DNA of 64,000 bases. It comes from Vicingaceae bacterium (GTDB lineage Bacteria; Bacteroidota; Bacteroidia; Flavobacteriales_E; Vicingaceae). Position 1 is the first letter of the stretch, and each line of letters starts with the position of its first letter. The notes below the pieces were generated by a model. The model saw only the letters and a list, made by a program, of their open reading frames with translations, searched no databases and was not told the DNA's origin. Shown here in pieces: positions 56,454 to 64,000 of this stretch. The DNA is taken from the NCBI GenBank assembly GCA_965227255.1, contig CBDDFS010000003.1:27503-91502 (forward strand), in the 5' to 3' direction. Both the position numbers and the translations under genes were made by a program.

Positions 56454-56830
56454 GAATTGGCCTGTTTCTTCTCGATCTTGCTTAAGGATTTTTCAAGTTT
56501 CCCGATCTTGGTCATCAGGATCTCCATGGTCTCCCCTACCGATTCAAAGCGCTCGTTGACGCTCTTTTCAAAATCTCCTTTTTTAACCTCGCCCCTTATC
56601 TGATCCAGGTGACTGGTCAGAACGCCCGTTGGAATGATCTCGATCAAAAGATGATGGGCGTCTAGCTCATCAAGGATCTTCATGCAAAGGGAGAGCTTCA
56701 TATCGCTTGCCTGCAAATTCCTCGCCAAATTCTGACGGGTCATCCCTACTTTTTTGGATAAAGCCGACACATTGACCCGGTTGTCACTTATGAACCGCTC
56801 AAGGGCACTGTGCAAAGGTGTTTTGGACAT
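56450..56830 (-). CDS. HTH DNA-binding protein, repressor-like (CI-type position)
   Basis: 126 aa. N-terminal HTH (VSALSKKVGMTRQNLARNL) and a C-terminal coiled coil. Divergent from the rightward early genes. Confidence 0.7.
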   Translation of the reverse strand: MSKTPLHSALERFISDNRVNVSALSKKVGMTRQNLARNLQASDMKLSLCMKILDELDAHHLLIEIIPTGVLTSHLDQIRGEVKKGDFEKSVNERFESVGETMEILMTKIGKLEKSLSKIEKKQANS

Positions 56831-56857
56831 TCTTGGTTAGGTATTGTTAATAACTTA

Positions 56858-56917
56858 TGTCACATATTTGTTGCAAATGACGTCAAAAATGCAACATTTG
56901 TCCTCAAATATGTAACA
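56858..56917. promoter_or_regulatory. Operator-like cluster in the divergent switch region
   Basis: Four dyads are present. ATTTG-N3-CAAAT lies at 56866-56878, TGACGTCA at 56878-56885 and ATTTG-N4-CAAAT at 56896-56909. An outer inverted repeat pairs tgtcacatatttg with caaatatgtaaca (12/13). Confidence 0.6.
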
Positions 56918-56928
56918 CCTTTCGTCAT

Positions 56929-57243
56929 ATGGGTACCGACCAAAGATATAATAAATACAAATACAACTTCCTGAAATACTACGATGCGCTGAGCTGGCAT
57001 GATCGCAAAATGTTCAGAAAATTACTGGCCGAGGAAACCAAGATCCCAATTCGAACCTTCGAAAAATACTTGTACCTCAAGCGCTCTGCCAGCGAAGACG
57101 CCTCCGGATCCTTTCTGATCATTCTCTCCAAGGCCTTTTCTTCCATTCTCAAAGTGGAGATCTCCCCGGAAGATTTTTACAACGAGCCGCCCAAAGGACT
57201 CTCGGAGAGTTCACTGAAAATATTTGAAGTCGTCACCGACTAA
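56929..57243 (+). CDS. Small early protein, Cro/antirepressor-like position
   Basis: 104 aa. Possible HTH (TKIPIRTFEKYLYLKR). First rightward gene after the operator cluster. Confidence 0.55.
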   Translation: MGTDQRYNKYKYNFLKYYDALSWHDRKMFRKLLAEETKIPIRTFEKYLYLKRSASEDASGSFLIILSKAFSSILKVEISPEDFYNEPPKGLSESSLKIFEVVTD

Positions 57244-57256
57244 ATCCATCTGCCAT

Positions 57257-57694
57257 ATGAAAAGACCACTGATCGAATACGATATCATTCCCGCTGCCAG
57301 GGGCCATCAATTGGCCGTGTTATCCTGGGGCGATAAAAAAAACATTCACATTGAGAATCACCTGACCACCACCAAGGGCGAAAGCCGAGCCTTCATTCAC
57401 AAGAAAAGCAAAGAGATCCTCCATGAGCGGATCATGAGTTTATGCGCGCACCGTGATGGCCTACTCACCACCCTTCGCATGGGCCGAAATACAAAAGTAT
57501 CGGAGTCCATCACCGAGATCCGCCGGCGACTTGAATTCTTTGGAAAGGCCAAATATCATTCCTACCTCAGAATGATCCTTCAACTCGAAGAAGACCTTCG
57601 AAATCTCATTCCACCCGAAGGCTACAAAGCCCGGATCCGCTACGAAAGACTCATTGATGAAATAATCACTTACTGTAAAAAAGAAGTCCGATGA
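57257..57694 (+). CDS. Hypothetical island protein
   Basis: 145 aa from the ATG at 57257. Its stop overlaps the next start. Confidence 0.55.
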   Translation: MKRPLIEYDIIPAARGHQLAVLSWGDKKNIHIENHLTTTKGESRAFIHKKSKEILHERIMSLCAHRDGLLTTLRMGRNTKVSESITEIRRRLEFFGKAKYHSYLRMILQLEEDLRNLIPPEGYKARIRYERLIDEIITYCKKEVR

Positions 57695-58011
57695 AAGTAT
57701 TCCTATCCGGTCCGATCACGGGCCTACCTAACGAGAACATCAAGGCATTCAACAAAGAAGCCGGCAGGCTCAGAGCCCTTGGATATGATGTGATCACGCC
57801 ACACAAATTATTCGATGATCAGGAGAAATCCAATTTCCAATGGACCGACTACATGAAGCGAACCGTTCCCGAAATGCTCAAATGCGACCTGGTGGCCTGT
57901 TTGGATGATTGGTACAACTCCAAGGGCAGCGTGATCGAGGTGAACCTGGCCCGCGAGCTGGGCATTCCAGATAAGCTGGCCTGCATCATCAAAGAAAAAG
58001 CACCGGTATGA
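57691..58011 (+). CDS. DUF4406 / nucleoside 2-deoxyribosyltransferase-like protein
   Basis: 106 aa. The pattern MKVFLSGPITG...AF.......L...G..V..P....... is typical of DUF4406, a family common in phages. Confidence 0.7.
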   Translation: MKVFLSGPITGLPNENIKAFNKEAGRLRALGYDVITPHKLFDDQEKSNFQWTDYMKRTVPEMLKCDLVACLDDWYNSKGSVIEVNLARELGIPDKLACIIKEKAPV

Positions 58012-58139
58012 ACGAATTTGAATTCTTGAGTGGGGTCCTAACAGGCTGTTTTCTATGTCTGGCACTTGAAGGCATCTTCATCCTGATCCTGGCCCTTTTC
58101 TCAAAAAGAGAACGAAGAAAATCAACGAAAACTAAATAA
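58008..58139 (+). CDS. Small single-TM protein (43 aa), not in the ORF track
   Basis: ATGA coupling to the DUF4406 stop. Sequence is MNEFEFLSGVLTGCFLCLALEGIFILILALFSKRERRKSTKTK, a hydrophobic helix plus a basic tail. Confidence 0.45.
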   Translation: MNEFEFLSGVLTGCFLCLALEGIFILILALFSKRERRKSTKTK

Positions 58140-58148
58140 CAAAAATTC

Positions 58149-59042
58149 TTGTCTGGCAATTCAAAACATAAGATAGCCTTCAACTATTTCGGTGGGAAAT
58201 TTACCTTTCTCGATGATCTGTACGATCTTTTTCCTAGCGCCAAAGAATTCGACCACCTAGTCGATCTTTTCGCAGGCAGCTTTTGTGTTTCAATCAACTA
58301 TAAACACAACGGCCCCTTGATCAAAACTGCAAATGAGATCAACGGTGAAGTAACCAATTTCTTCAGTGTACTGCGCGATCATGAATCAAAGCTACTAAAC
58401 CTCCTTAGACTAACCCCTGTGAGTCTAATTGAATACGAAAAAAGCTGGGAGAAATGCAATGATGATGTAGAACGAGCTCGAAGATTTTATGTCCGAATTC
58501 GGCAAAGTTTTTTTGGCCTTGGCGCTCAGAGAAAAAACAAAGGATGGCATATGGCCAAAAAGCATGCCAATTCAAATGGTGGTGAAACGGTTAGCCGTTG
58601 GAACAATGGCGTTGAAAAATTACATGAAGTGGCCGAAGTAATCAGAAAAAATTTCCAAATCACCCCCTGGGATTTTGAAGAATGCTGCCTAAAAATTGAT
58701 CATGGTCGAGCCTTTTTCTATTGCGACCCTCCCTATACCAAACGATCAAGAGCTTCTTACAATGATTACACCTATGAATTTACCGATGAAGATCACAGAA
58801 GGCTCAGCAAAGTTCTTCATGAATTAAAAGGTCTTGTTATGATCAGCGGATATGACTGCAGCTTGATGAATGAATTGTACAAAGACTGGGCAAAATTTCG
58901 ACTTAAAAAAAGGAAGAACAACATACGCTCCGGTGAGGTTCAAGAGATCGTCTGGGTCAATTACACACCAAGAAGCACGATGCAGAAGAATTTATTCAAC
59001 ACTAAAACAATAGACAATTATGAACGAGAAAAAAACTCATGA
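58149..59042 (+). CDS. dam: DNA adenine methyltransferase (Dam / D12 class), orphan
   Basis: TTG start. Motifs are FNYFGGK, DLFAGS (motif I) and the DPPY catalytic motif. No adjacent endonuclease is visible. Confidence 0.85.
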   Translation: MSGNSKHKIAFNYFGGKFTFLDDLYDLFPSAKEFDHLVDLFAGSFCVSINYKHNGPLIKTANEINGEVTNFFSVLRDHESKLLNLLRLTPVSLIEYEKSWEKCNDDVERARRFYVRIRQSFFGLGAQRKNKGWHMAKKHANSNGGETVSRWNNGVEKLHEVAEVIRKNFQITPWDFEECCLKIDHGRAFFYCDPPYTKRSRASYNDYTYEFTDEDHRRLSKVLHELKGLVMISGYDCSLMNELYKDWAKFRLKKRKNNIRSGEVQEIVWVNYTPRSTMQKNLFNTKTIDNYEREKNS

Positions 59043-59652
59043 ATCCAGGCGATTTAGACGCCTTCGCACCGAATACGGCACCAAGCTGGGCTTGCTTGTC
59101 AAAGAATGCAAAGAAGACCTAGCCGGAGCCGATTCAGAGACGGTGAGAAAAAAGATCATCCGTCATTTTGATCACAAATGGCACGGCATTGTCAAAAAAG
59201 TGGCAAACGATCCTTCCCTTCCTCTTGAGTGCTCACCCCATGCCTTTCGAAACAAGATGGATGAGATCCAGGAAGATCAGCGCCGAGCCGCCCTACTGGA
59301 AGGCAACGTCCGGGCCGAATCGCTCCTAGAGATCGGCTTCCAGGAAGTCGAAGGATCTTTCCTGAATCGAAGATCGAAAGACCGTGTTTTTCTGTCCAAT
59401 GAGCTCTGTGTGGTGATCAGTCCCGATGGGTATGTTTCCATTCGACGCGATGTGAATTCACCGGTGATCTGCGGTGCCAGGGAGTACTCCTTGCATGATT
59501 TCAAACATCTACTGCAGGGCCTACATATCCAAGCCATATCACAGCACAAGGACCTGGAAAGCGTGCTTCATGACATTCGCCAAGCCAGCGGTCGCACCTT
59601 CTTTTACATTCAACTCAGTCCACTGAAAATAAAATTTCTTCGAGGTAAATGA
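59020..59652 (+). CDS. Hypothetical island protein
   Basis: 210-aa ORF. Overlaps both neighbours, by 23 nt and by 4 nt. Confidence 0.55.
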   Translation: MNEKKTHESRRFRRLRTEYGTKLGLLVKECKEDLAGADSETVRKKIIRHFDHKWHGIVKKVANDPSLPLECSPHAFRNKMDEIQEDQRRAALLEGNVRAESLLEIGFQEVEGSFLNRRSKDRVFLSNELCVVISPDGYVSIRRDVNSPVICGAREYSLHDFKHLLQGLHIQAISQHKDLESVLHDIRQASGRTFFYIQLSPLKIKFLRGK

Positions 59653-62639
59653 CCAAGATCCCGGAAAATGTGGTTCTTGAGATCAAGTCAAGGGCTCAAA
59701 TTGAAGATGTTGTTCGCCATTTCCAGGACCTTCGAAAGCAAGGGGCCGGCTTTACGAGTGACTGTTCAAAATGCGATGGCAAGAACAAACTAACCATCAC
59801 CCCGTCCAAAAACATCTACAAATGCTTCAAATGCGATTCAAAGGCCGGTGGCCCCATCCAGTATTTAATGGATTACCATGGGATGAGTTATCCCCAGGCA
59901 CTAAAATGGCTGGCCGAGAAGTACAACATTTTAATCGAGGATTCAAGTGGGAAAAAGCCAGCCAGGCCCAAACGAAAAAGAGCCAAGCCGGACCACTCCT
60001 TTCGCGATGAGCAGCTTGAGGCCAGCGGCCTGGATCTCGCCGATCAAATCGCCCGGATCCCATCCAAAGAGGATCCGACCAAAGAAATTGAAATCGATCG
60101 CTACCAGGCAGCCACGATCAATCCCCAGAATTGGCAGATCGAGCCTGGGGATGACATGGTGATGCACTACATCGGCCTGGATGGATCCCCGATGATGTAT
60201 CAGCGAACTTCGAGAAATGGCCAGGTAACGGGTCAGCCCAGGCCATTGATCCGGGTGCGATGGCAAAATCCAGCCCTTCACCTGGACCGCGAGAAACGGG
60301 CCATCAAATATCAGTCGCCACCAGGCAGCGGATCTCAGCTTTGGATCCCGGAGATCATTCGCCGCAAGTATCAAAACGGGGCGGTGATCAAGACCCTCTT
60401 TATCCAGGAGGGCGAAAAGAAAGCAGACAGAGCATGTAAGGAAGGGATCTTCTCGGTGGGCATCATGGGCATTCACAACCTGGCATCGGGCCAGCGCCTT
60501 CCTCATGAATTCGAACTGATCATCAAACGATGTTCGGTGGAAAACGTGGTTTTTTTGCTGGACTCAGATCTCAATGAGCTCTCCCATAATATCAGCGAAG
60601 TGGCCGACAGTCGCCCCCGATCATTCTATGCCGCCGTCAAGAAATTCCAGGCCTATTTCATCGGCTTTCAAAACGTAGGCATTCACCTGGGTATTTATTT
60701 TGGATACGTCAAACCAGGGCAAGAACAAGCCAAAGGCATTGACGACCTGCTGGAAGGTCCACTCAAGAAATCAAAGCAAGGCACCCTTCGAAAAGACGTT
60801 GAAAAAGCCCTGATCGATCCCAACGGCCAGGGAGAATATATTCAGCTTCATGAGATCTCGGATGATTCGACCTACAAGCTCAAAGAATACTTCCATCTTC
60901 ATGACAAGGAGGCCTTTGCCAAATTCCACCAGGATCGCCTCTCTGGCCTCAAGCGCTTCAAGATCTTCAAGCTCTTCTGGAAATTCGATGAAAAGGGAAA
61001 CCTCGAACTGGCTCAGAAGATGATGCCCGATGAGAAGTACTGGAACATGGATTCATATCTCACCACCGGAGGGCGGGAAAAAAAAGAGTTCTCTTTCAAT
61101 TATGTGAATTGCTACAATTTTCTATTCAATCGTGGATTTGGTAGGATGGCCATGGCCAGTGGCAAATACAAATTGATCCAGGAGCATGAAATGCAGGTCA
61201 AGGAAGTCGAGCACGTCGAGATCCGGGACTTCCTGACCAACTTCACCGAGCAGATCGGCGAGAAAGAAGTCCTGAATTTCATCTACCGAGGCGGGACCCG
61301 ATACATGGGACCCGATTCTCTTTCCAATCTTAAATTCAGAGAGATCTCCTGGTCTCAAAACAACAAAGGGGTCCAGTACATCTATTTCAAGAACAAAGCC
61401 TGGAAGATCACCGAAAATGGCATTGAGTCCTCGCTGATCACCGAGCTCGACGGTCACATTTGGAAGAATCAGATCATCGATTTCAACATGATCGACATCA
61501 AAGAAGACTTTATCAAAGTAGAACCCATCACAGAGAAGACCCTGGAAAAAAAGCCCATTCTGAGCAAGGAGATCCTGGGCATGTATTCCATAGAATTTTC
61601 CAAGGAGGCCGATAAATGTGATTTCCTGCAGTTTTTGATTCGAACCGGTGATTTCTATCACGAAGATCGAAAGATGGGCAAAAAACTCACCCAAAAACAG
61701 CAGCTTGAATCCGCCGTGCATCTGCTTTCCAAGATGACGGCCATCGGTTATTTACTACACCGATACCGAGACAGCGCCATGCTCAAGGCCGTGGTGGCGA
61801 TGGATGGTAAATTGTCCGAGGTGGGATCCTCCAATGGCCGCTCCGGAAAATCACTCATGGGCACGGCCCTGGAAAAGATGGTGCCTACGGTTTATGTCGG
61901 CGGGAAAAAGAAGGATCTGACCGAAGATCGATTCATCTGGGAAGAAGTCGATGAGCGGACCCATGTGGTATTCATCGATGATGTCAGGGCCAACATCGAC
62001 TTTGAACGATTCTTTCCGGAGATCACCGGCAAATTTCAAATTGAAGGCAAGGGAATCAAGAAATTCTCGCTTCCGGAACACCAGACTCCAAAGCTATTCT
62101 TCACCACCAATCACGCCATCCGAGGCGAAGGATCCAGCTTCACCGATCGTCAGATCCTCATTGCCTTTTCTGACTACTACAACGACACCCACAAGCCGGA
62201 GCATGACTTCCCTGGAAGATTTTTCGACGATTGGGATCATGCTCAGTGGGTCCTTTTCTATCAGCTTATGGCCAGCTGCCTGCATGTTTATTTCAAGTAT
62301 GGCATTATCCAGGCGCCGACCGAAAGACTCGAACTTCGAAAGCTTCGCCAGGAAATGGGCGAACCATTCTTGGAATGGGCCGACACATACTTCAACCAGG
62401 CATTATTAGGGATCCGTCTACCCAAAATTGCCATGTACAACGCCGTCACCAATGAATATGGAAAATCCTTCCTGGAAACATTTCCCAATCAAAAAAGATA
62501 CGTGGACATCCGAAAATTCAAGGCTAAAATCAAGGCCTATGCCAAATACATGGGCATGGAATACAATCCCAAACAAGGCGGAAAAGACGACAAAGCGGGT
62601 GGCGTGGAATACATCACCCTGCAAAAGACAAACCAATAA
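59649..62639 (+). CDS. Primase-helicase: CHC2 zinc finger + Toprim + P4/D5-type SF3 helicase P-loop
   Basis: 996 aa. The zinc finger is CSKCDG...YKCFKCDSKAGGPIQYLM. The Toprim motifs are IQEGEKKAD...LLDSD. The Walker A motif is GSSNGRSGKS. Confidence 0.85.
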   Translation: MTKIPENVVLEIKSRAQIEDVVRHFQDLRKQGAGFTSDCSKCDGKNKLTITPSKNIYKCFKCDSKAGGPIQYLMDYHGMSYPQALKWLAEKYNILIEDSSGKKPARPKRKRAKPDHSFRDEQLEASGLDLADQIARIPSKEDPTKEIEIDRYQAATINPQNWQIEPGDDMVMHYIGLDGSPMMYQRTSRNGQVTGQPRPLIRVRWQNPALHLDREKRAIKYQSPPGSGSQLWIPEIIRRKYQNGAVIKTLFIQEGEKKADRACKEGIFSVGIMGIHNLASGQRLPHEFELIIKRCSVENVVFLLDSDLNELSHNISEVADSRPRSFYAAVKKFQAYFIGFQNVGIHLGIYFGYVKPGQEQAKGIDDLLEGPLKKSKQGTLRKDVEKALIDPNGQGEYIQLHEISDDSTYKLKEYFHLHDKEAFAKFHQDRLSGLKRFKIFKLFWKFDEKGNLELAQKMMPDEKYWNMDSYLTTGGREKKEFSFNYVNCYNFLFNRGFGRMAMASGKYKLIQEHEMQVKEVEHVEIRDFLTNFTEQIGEKEVLNFIYRGGTRYMGPDSLSNLKFREISWSQNNKGVQYIYFKNKAWKITENGIESSLITELDGHIWKNQIIDFNMIDIKEDFIKVEPITEKTLEKKPILSKEILGMYSIEFSKEADKCDFLQFLIRTGDFYHEDRKMGKKLTQKQQLESAVHLLSKMTAIGYLLHRYRDSAMLKAVVAMDGKLSEVGSSNGRSGKSLMGTALEKMVPTVYVGGKKKDLTEDRFIWEEVDERTHVVFIDDVRANIDFERFFPEITGKFQIEGKGIKKFSLPEHQTPKLFFTTNHAIRGEGSSFTDRQILIAFSDYYNDTHKPEHDFPGRFFDDWDHAQWVLFYQLMASCLHVYFKYGIIQAPTERLELRKLRQEMGEPFLEWADTYFNQALLGIRLPKIAMYNAVTNEYGKSFLETFPNQKRYVDIRKFKAKIKAYAKYMGMEYNPKQGGKDDKAGGVEYITLQKTNQ

Positions 62640-62641
62640 AC

Positions 62642-63073
62642 ATGACTATGGAAACAACGAGAGGAAATCTTCGCCTTAAAGCAGCCGCATCGCTTGTGGA
62701 AACAGGGGTGATCTATACTTCAAAAGAGCTCCAAAAAAAGGTAAAAGCCAGGGATTTTAAAGCGCGATTCGAGAAGGTCAAAAAACGTGAATACCGATTC
62801 ATCGAGCCGCCGGTCCATCCGGATCCAAGCTGGCCAGAATCTTCTCAGGCTCTCCGGTTTCGACTTGAGAGAGAGATCAAGAAATTCCACTATATATCCT
62901 ATTCCCCAGCAAGAAAAGAGCGAGGATTGAAGATGGCTCTTTGTAGGGAAGAAAAGCTCTGGCTGAAAGAAATATCAGAAAACATCAAGATCCTGGAAAA
63001 AGAAATCGAACGCCTGGAAAATTCAGAAGAGAAGCTGATCTATTTGATGGACCAAAAACGATTTGCATCATGA
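62642..63073 (+). CDS. Hypothetical island protein
   Basis: 143-aa ORF with a coiled-coil C-terminus. Tight spacing to its neighbours. Confidence 0.5.
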   Translation: MTMETTRGNLRLKAAASLVETGVIYTSKELQKKVKARDFKARFEKVKKREYRFIEPPVHPDPSWPESSQALRFRLEREIKKFHYISYSPARKERGLKMALCREEKLWLKEISENIKILEKEIERLENSEEKLIYLMDQKRFAS

Positions 63074-63402
63074 CAGACACAAGTAAAGCGGAAGAGTATT
63101 TAGACAAAGTAACTCTCACGCTAGATGAAATTAGAGATTTAGCATGCTTGCCGTGGCCGACTGGTCACGATTTTGGATATAAGTATGTTAAAAGAGAGGA
63201 TATTGACCGACTATTGACCGACTTCGCAGAACAAGAGATCAACCAACTTGAATTAGATAAGCGCAGCATAAAAAATGCGGCTGAGAAGGAAGTCAAGGAA
63301 TTGAGGGGGTTACTTATAGAATGGTCATCAACAGACTTTGACGAAGTCGACTCTGAATACATAGAAGATTTATTGAAAAGAACTAAAACCCTAAAACCAT
63401 GA
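63070..63402 (+). CDS. Hypothetical island protein (lower-GC module)
   Basis: 110-aa ORF with ATGA overlaps on both sides. Confidence 0.5.
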   Translation: MTDTSKAEEYLDKVTLTLDEIRDLACLPWPTGHDFGYKYVKREDIDRLLTDFAEQEINQLELDKRSIKNAAEKEVKELRGLLIEWSSTDFDEVDSEYIEDLLKRTKTLKP

Positions 63403-63908
63403 GCGAAGAAGAGCGATGTAAATGCGGAAACGCATTAACCAAAGTAAATAAAGGTGCAGGAGAACCTGTGGAATACACATACTGCAAGGCTTGTGATAAT
63501 GAGATTGCAGAATTAAAAGCGAGGCAGTGTCCAGCAACTTTTGGAGACTATAAATGCCATGTTGATACGAACGTCAAAGACTCAAAAGGTCGAACGGTAA
63601 GCGTTGATAAATGCCTGAAAGATATAGTTGAGTATTTGAACAAGGGAGGTTTAAGAACGGTAGCGAGTTGCGGAGGTCATAACCAGGTTCAGCCTATTAT
63701 ATCAATTGAGTTGGATCAAATAGCAATGGAAAGGTATTTCCGTAAGAGAGTCGAATCTATAACGGATGAAGAGATAGAAGAGATGTTTACAGAAGAAGTG
63801 GCAAGACATCCATTTGGAAGTATAAGTTCTATTCCCTCATACGGAAAGCAGAAAAACCACGCTGCAATCGAAGGAGCAAAAGCATTTAAACAACAATTAC
63901 TGAAATGA
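63399..63908 (+). CDS. Hypothetical Cys-rich (zinc-ribbon-like) protein
   Basis: 169 aa. CKCG...CKACD pairs near the N-terminus. Confidence 0.5.
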   Translation: MSEEERCKCGNALTKVNKGAGEPVEYTYCKACDNEIAELKARQCPATFGDYKCHVDTNVKDSKGRTVSVDKCLKDIVEYLNKGGLRTVASCGGHNQVQPIISIELDQIAMERYFRKRVESITDEEIEEMFTEEVARHPFGSISSIPSYGKQKNHAAIEGAKAFKQQLLK

Positions 63909-64000
63909 ACGCAGAAGAGTTTTTCAAACACCACCAAAGAGCAGAGAATATTTACGGAGAAGAGCTTATAAATTATTTTGTTGTCACAGCGCAAGATATT
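63905..64000 (+). CDS. Partial ORF running off the window (MNAEEFFKHHQRAENIYGEELINYFVVTAQDI...)
   Basis: ATGA overlap with the preceding stop. The frame stays open to the window end. Confidence 0.4.
   Translation, partial: MNAEEFFKHHQRAENIYGEELINYFVVTAQDI

Larger units (their letters stand above)
54197..64000. mobile_element. Phage- or satellite-like genomic island (partial; continues beyond the window)
   Basis: GC rises from about 40% to about 50%. Contains a divergent HTH switch, DUF4406, Dam methylase, primase-helicase and many small overlapping unknown ORFs. No integrase lies within the window. Confidence 0.65.

Noticed and set aside
59943-61721. Long antisense ORFs (59943-60506, 61122-61721) and same-strand alternative-frame ORFs inside the primase-helicase gene
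   Set aside because: The sense frame carries the CHC2, Toprim and Walker A motifs. The higher GC content here allows long spurious open frames.

Overview
This is a chromosomal segment of about 40% GC from a Bacteroidota organism, probably Flavobacteriia- or Cytophagia-like. The phylum call rests on several type IX secretion (T9SS) C-terminal sorting domains, a PorP/SprF gene, an SprB-repeat giant adhesin and the divergent tsaD/tamB pair. Positions 1-54.1 kb are core genome. They hold a cobalamin riboswitch driving a BtuB-like receptor and a beta-propeller lipoprotein, HMG-CoA lyase, pyrD, an M28 peptidase, and a 1856-aa adhesin with its PorP/SprF module. They also hold tsaD, tamB, a dnaE with a fused N-terminal exonuclease, trxA, DUF58, an S1/P1 nuclease, and a three-gene exosortase-N / VIT / PEP-CTERM operon. 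Further along are two TIMP-like secreted proteins, an FKBP isomerase, a permease plus homocysteine methyltransferase pair, a TPR-LuxR regulator, a metalloprotease and a DEAD-box helicase. From about 54.2 kb to the window end, GC rises to about 50%. Gene content there becomes phage- or satellite-like: a divergent repressor/Cro-like switch, DUF4406, an orphan Dam methylase and a 996-aa primase-helicase. The edge of this element carries a translationally coupled cassette of three unknown genes, two of them membrane proteins. The main hunting results are phase-locked heptanucleotide arrays in many host intergenic spacers, which run into gene ends and into the dnaE fusion linker. Others are the TIMP-like pair, the XrtN system, and the island-edge cassette as a candidate new exclusion or defence module. 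No tRNA, rRNA or CRISPR array was seen.
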